This document shows, piece by piece, positions 13,465-15,740 of a stretch of 15,740 nucleotides of DNA (position 1 is its first letter; the number at the start of each line of letters is the position of its first letter). The DNA is from a bacterium (GTDB lineage: Bacteria > Electryoneota > Electryoneia > Electryoneales > Electryoneaceae). A model generated the notes under the pieces. The model made no database searches, was not told the DNA's origin, and saw nothing but the letters and a program-made list of their open reading frames with translations. A program made the translations under genes and the position numbers. Location: NCBI GenBank assembly GCA_043801585.1, contig JAZDLX010000170.1:1-15740 (forward strand). The letters run 5' to 3'.

Positions 13465-15579
13465 ATGGCGAACGGAAAGAACAAGAAGGGGACGGCGGAG
13501 GGGCGTCGCTGGCCGATGGACAAGATCCGCAACTTTGGGATCATGGCTCACATCGATGCCGGCAAAACAACGACCACCGAGCGCATCCTTTACTATACCG
13601 GCCGTCTTCACCGGATGGGCGAGGTGCATGATGGCGCCGCGACCACCGACTGGATGGAGCAGGAGAAAGAGCGTGGAATCACTATCACCTCTGCGTCTAT
13701 TACGACCGAGTGGAAAGATCACCGTCTGACGTTGATTGACACACCCGGACACGTGGACTTTACAGCGGAGGTGGAACGCTCGCTGCGGGTGCTGGACGGA
13801 GCAGTGGCGTTGTTCTGCGCGGTTGGTGGCGTCGAGCCACAATCCGAGACGGTATGGCGTCAGGCTGACAAGTACGGCATTCCCCGCATCGGATACATCA
13901 ACAAGATGGACCGTGTGGGCGCCGACTTCTACCGCGCTGTGGACATGATCCGCGACCGTTTCGGCACAACCCCGATCCCGGTGCAGATTCCGATGGGTCA
14001 GGGCATGTTGTTCAACGGCCTTCTGGACCTGATCACCAATCAGGCTGTCTGGTATCACGAAGACAGCCAGGGCCTGCAGTTCGAGGAAGGTGAAATCCCC
14101 CCCGACCTCAGGGAAATGGCCCATGACTGGCGCGAAAAAATGCTCGAATCGATCAGTGATTATGACGACGAGCTGATGGAGATGTTCCTCAACAGGGAAG
14201 AGATCCCCAGCGACAAACTTCGCGCTGCTATCCGCAAGGCCACGATCGATCTCAAGATCACGCCGATCCTCTGCGGATCGTCTTACAAGAACAAAGGCGT
14301 GCAGCGCCTTCTCGACGCCATCGTGCACTACCTGCCGAGCCCGAACGATATCGGTCCCGTGCATGGTGTCCATCCCCACACGGAGAAGGAAATCACCCGC
14401 GAGCAGAACGATCAGGAGCCGTTTGCCGCGTTGGCATTCAAGATTGTCACCGATCCTTATGTGGGCCGTCTGACATACATCCGTGTTTATTCCGGCGTGC
14501 TGCACACGGGCAACATGGTCATCGACCAGCGCACCGGAAAGAAAGAACGGATCGGCCGCATCCTCGAAATGTTCGCCAATAAGCGTGAAGAGCATGAGGT
14601 CGTGTACAGTGGGGAAATCGTGGCGCTTGTGGGAATGAAGGATGTTCGCACCGGCGACACTCTCTCGGATGCAAGCCATCCAATCCTTCTTGAAGCGTTG
14701 GCGTTCCCCACCCCGGTGATTACCCGTGCTGTCGAACCCAAGACCAAAGCCGACCAGGATCAATTGGTCAACAGCCTGCTGAAGCTTGCGGAAGAAGATC
14801 CAACCTTCATGGTCCGGTACGACGAAGAGACGGGACAGACGCAGATCAGCGGCATGGGTGAGCTTCACCTGGAAATCCTGATTGACCGCCTGATGCGCGA
14901 ATTCCAGGTCCAGGCCAATGTGGGAAATCCGCAGGTGGCGTACAAAGAGGGTCTGGGCAAGCCGGCGAAAGGGGAGGGCCGCTTTGTTCGCCAGTCCGGA
15001 GGCCGCGGCCAATATGGTCACGCGATCATTGAAGTGGAGCCGTTGCCGCAGGGGTCCGGGTACGTTTTTGAGGACAAGATCGTCGGCGGGACGATCCCCA
15101 GGGAATATATCCCGGCGGTCAAGCAAGGCATCCATGATGCCCTCGGTTCGGGCGTGTTGGCGGGGTATCCGGTGGGCGACGTGAAAGTTCGGCTTGTTGA
15201 CGGCAGCTATCATGACGTCGACTCAAGCGAAATGGCCTTCCGTGTCGCCGGCAGTATGGCGATCAAGGACGCCTCGCAGAAAGCGGACCCCTACATCACC
15301 GAGCCGATTATGAAGCTCGAAGTCGTCACCCCCGAGGAGTATGTGGGGGATGTGATGGGGAACCTGTCCAGCCGTCGTGCGAGAATTCACGGCATTATGC
15401 CGCGCAGCGATGCGCAGGTGGTGGGTGCGGATGTTCCGCTTTCGGAAATGTTTGGATACGCCACGGAATTGCGGTCGATGACCCAGGGCCGGGCGCTGTT
15501 TACGATGGAGTTCGATCATTATCAGCGCGTGCCACAAAGCGTGCAGGAAGAAGTGGTTAAAAAGGTACGCGGTTACTAA
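13465..15579 (+). CDS. fusA: Elongation factor G
   Basis: [44 protein letters not shown] and [12 protein letters not shown] motifs. An alternative start exists at ATG 13516. Confidence 0.99.
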   Translation: MANGKNKKGTAEGRRWPMDKIRNFGIMAHIDAGKTTTTERILYYTGRLHRMGEVHDGAATTDWMEQEKERGITITSASITTEWKDHRLTLIDTPGHVDFTAEVERSLRVLDGAVALFCAVGGVEPQSETVWRQADKYGIPRIGYINKMDRVGADFYRAVDMIRDRFGTTPIPVQIPMGQGMLFNGLLDLITNQAVWYHEDSQGLQFEEGEIPPDLREMAHDWREKMLESISDYDDELMEMFLNREEIPSDKLRAAIRKATIDLKITPILCGSSYKNKGVQRLLDAIVHYLPSPNDIGPVHGVHPHTEKEITREQNDQEPFAALAFKIVTDPYVGRLTYIRVYSGVLHTGNMVIDQRTGKKERIGRILEMFANKREEHEVVYSGEIVALVGMKDVRTGDTLSDASHPILLEALAFPTPVITRAVEPKTKADQDQLVNSLLKLAEEDPTFMVRYDEETGQTQISGMGELHLEILIDRLMREFQVQANVGNPQVAYKEGLGKPAKGEGRFVRQSGGRGQYGHAIIEVEPLPQGSGYVFEDKIVGGTIPREYIPAVKQGIHDALGSGVLAGYPVGDVKVRLVDGSYHDVDSSEMAFRVAGSMAIKDASQKADPYITEPIMKLEVVTPEEYVGDVMGNLSSRRARIHGIMPRSDAQVVGADVPLSEMFGYATELRSMTQGRALFTMEFDHYQRVPQSVQEEVVKKVRGY

Positions 15580-15603
15580 AGAACCCAGAAAGAGGGTCGA
15601 ATC

Positions 15604-15740
15604 ATGTCCAAGGTGAAGTTTGAACGGACGAAGCCGCACGTGAACGTGGGAACGATCGGTCACGTGGACCATGGGAAGACGACGTTGACAGCGGCGATCA
15701 CGCTGGTGTTGTCGAAGCTGGGCGGAGCGGAGTTCCGTTC
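15604..15740 (+). CDS. tuf: Elongation factor Tu, second copy, N-terminal fragment (runs off the window)
   Basis: Manual translation: [45 protein letters not shown]..., including the G1 motif [15 protein letters not shown] lies upstream. Confidence 0.98.
   Translation, partial: MSKVKFERTKPHVNVGTIGHVDHGKTTLTAAITLVLSKLGGAEFR

Overview
Core housekeeping region of a GC-rich bacterium. All genes are on the + strand: 3' end of tuf, rpmG (L33, missed by the ORF track), tRNA-Trp, secE, nusG, rplK, rplA, rplJ, rplL, rpoB, rpoC, then a 422-bp intergenic region, then rpsL, rpsG, fusA and the 5' end of a second tuf copy. RpoC insertions point to the FCB superphylum. I found no mobile elements, CRISPR arrays or accessory genes. 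The most unusual element is the rpoC-rpsL spacer. It has a near-consensus sigma70 promoter directly after the rpoC stop, then about 380 nt of densely structured RNA with mutually exclusive pairings, an anti-SD-locked uORF and an intrinsic terminator. This is a candidate new ncRNA or attenuator controlling the str operon. Other points: L11 has Thr26 at a thiopeptide-resistance position, RpoC has a Pro in a normally conserved helix and an acidic tail, and several spacers contain candidate regulatory hairpins. All RNA structures were paired by eye, not computed.
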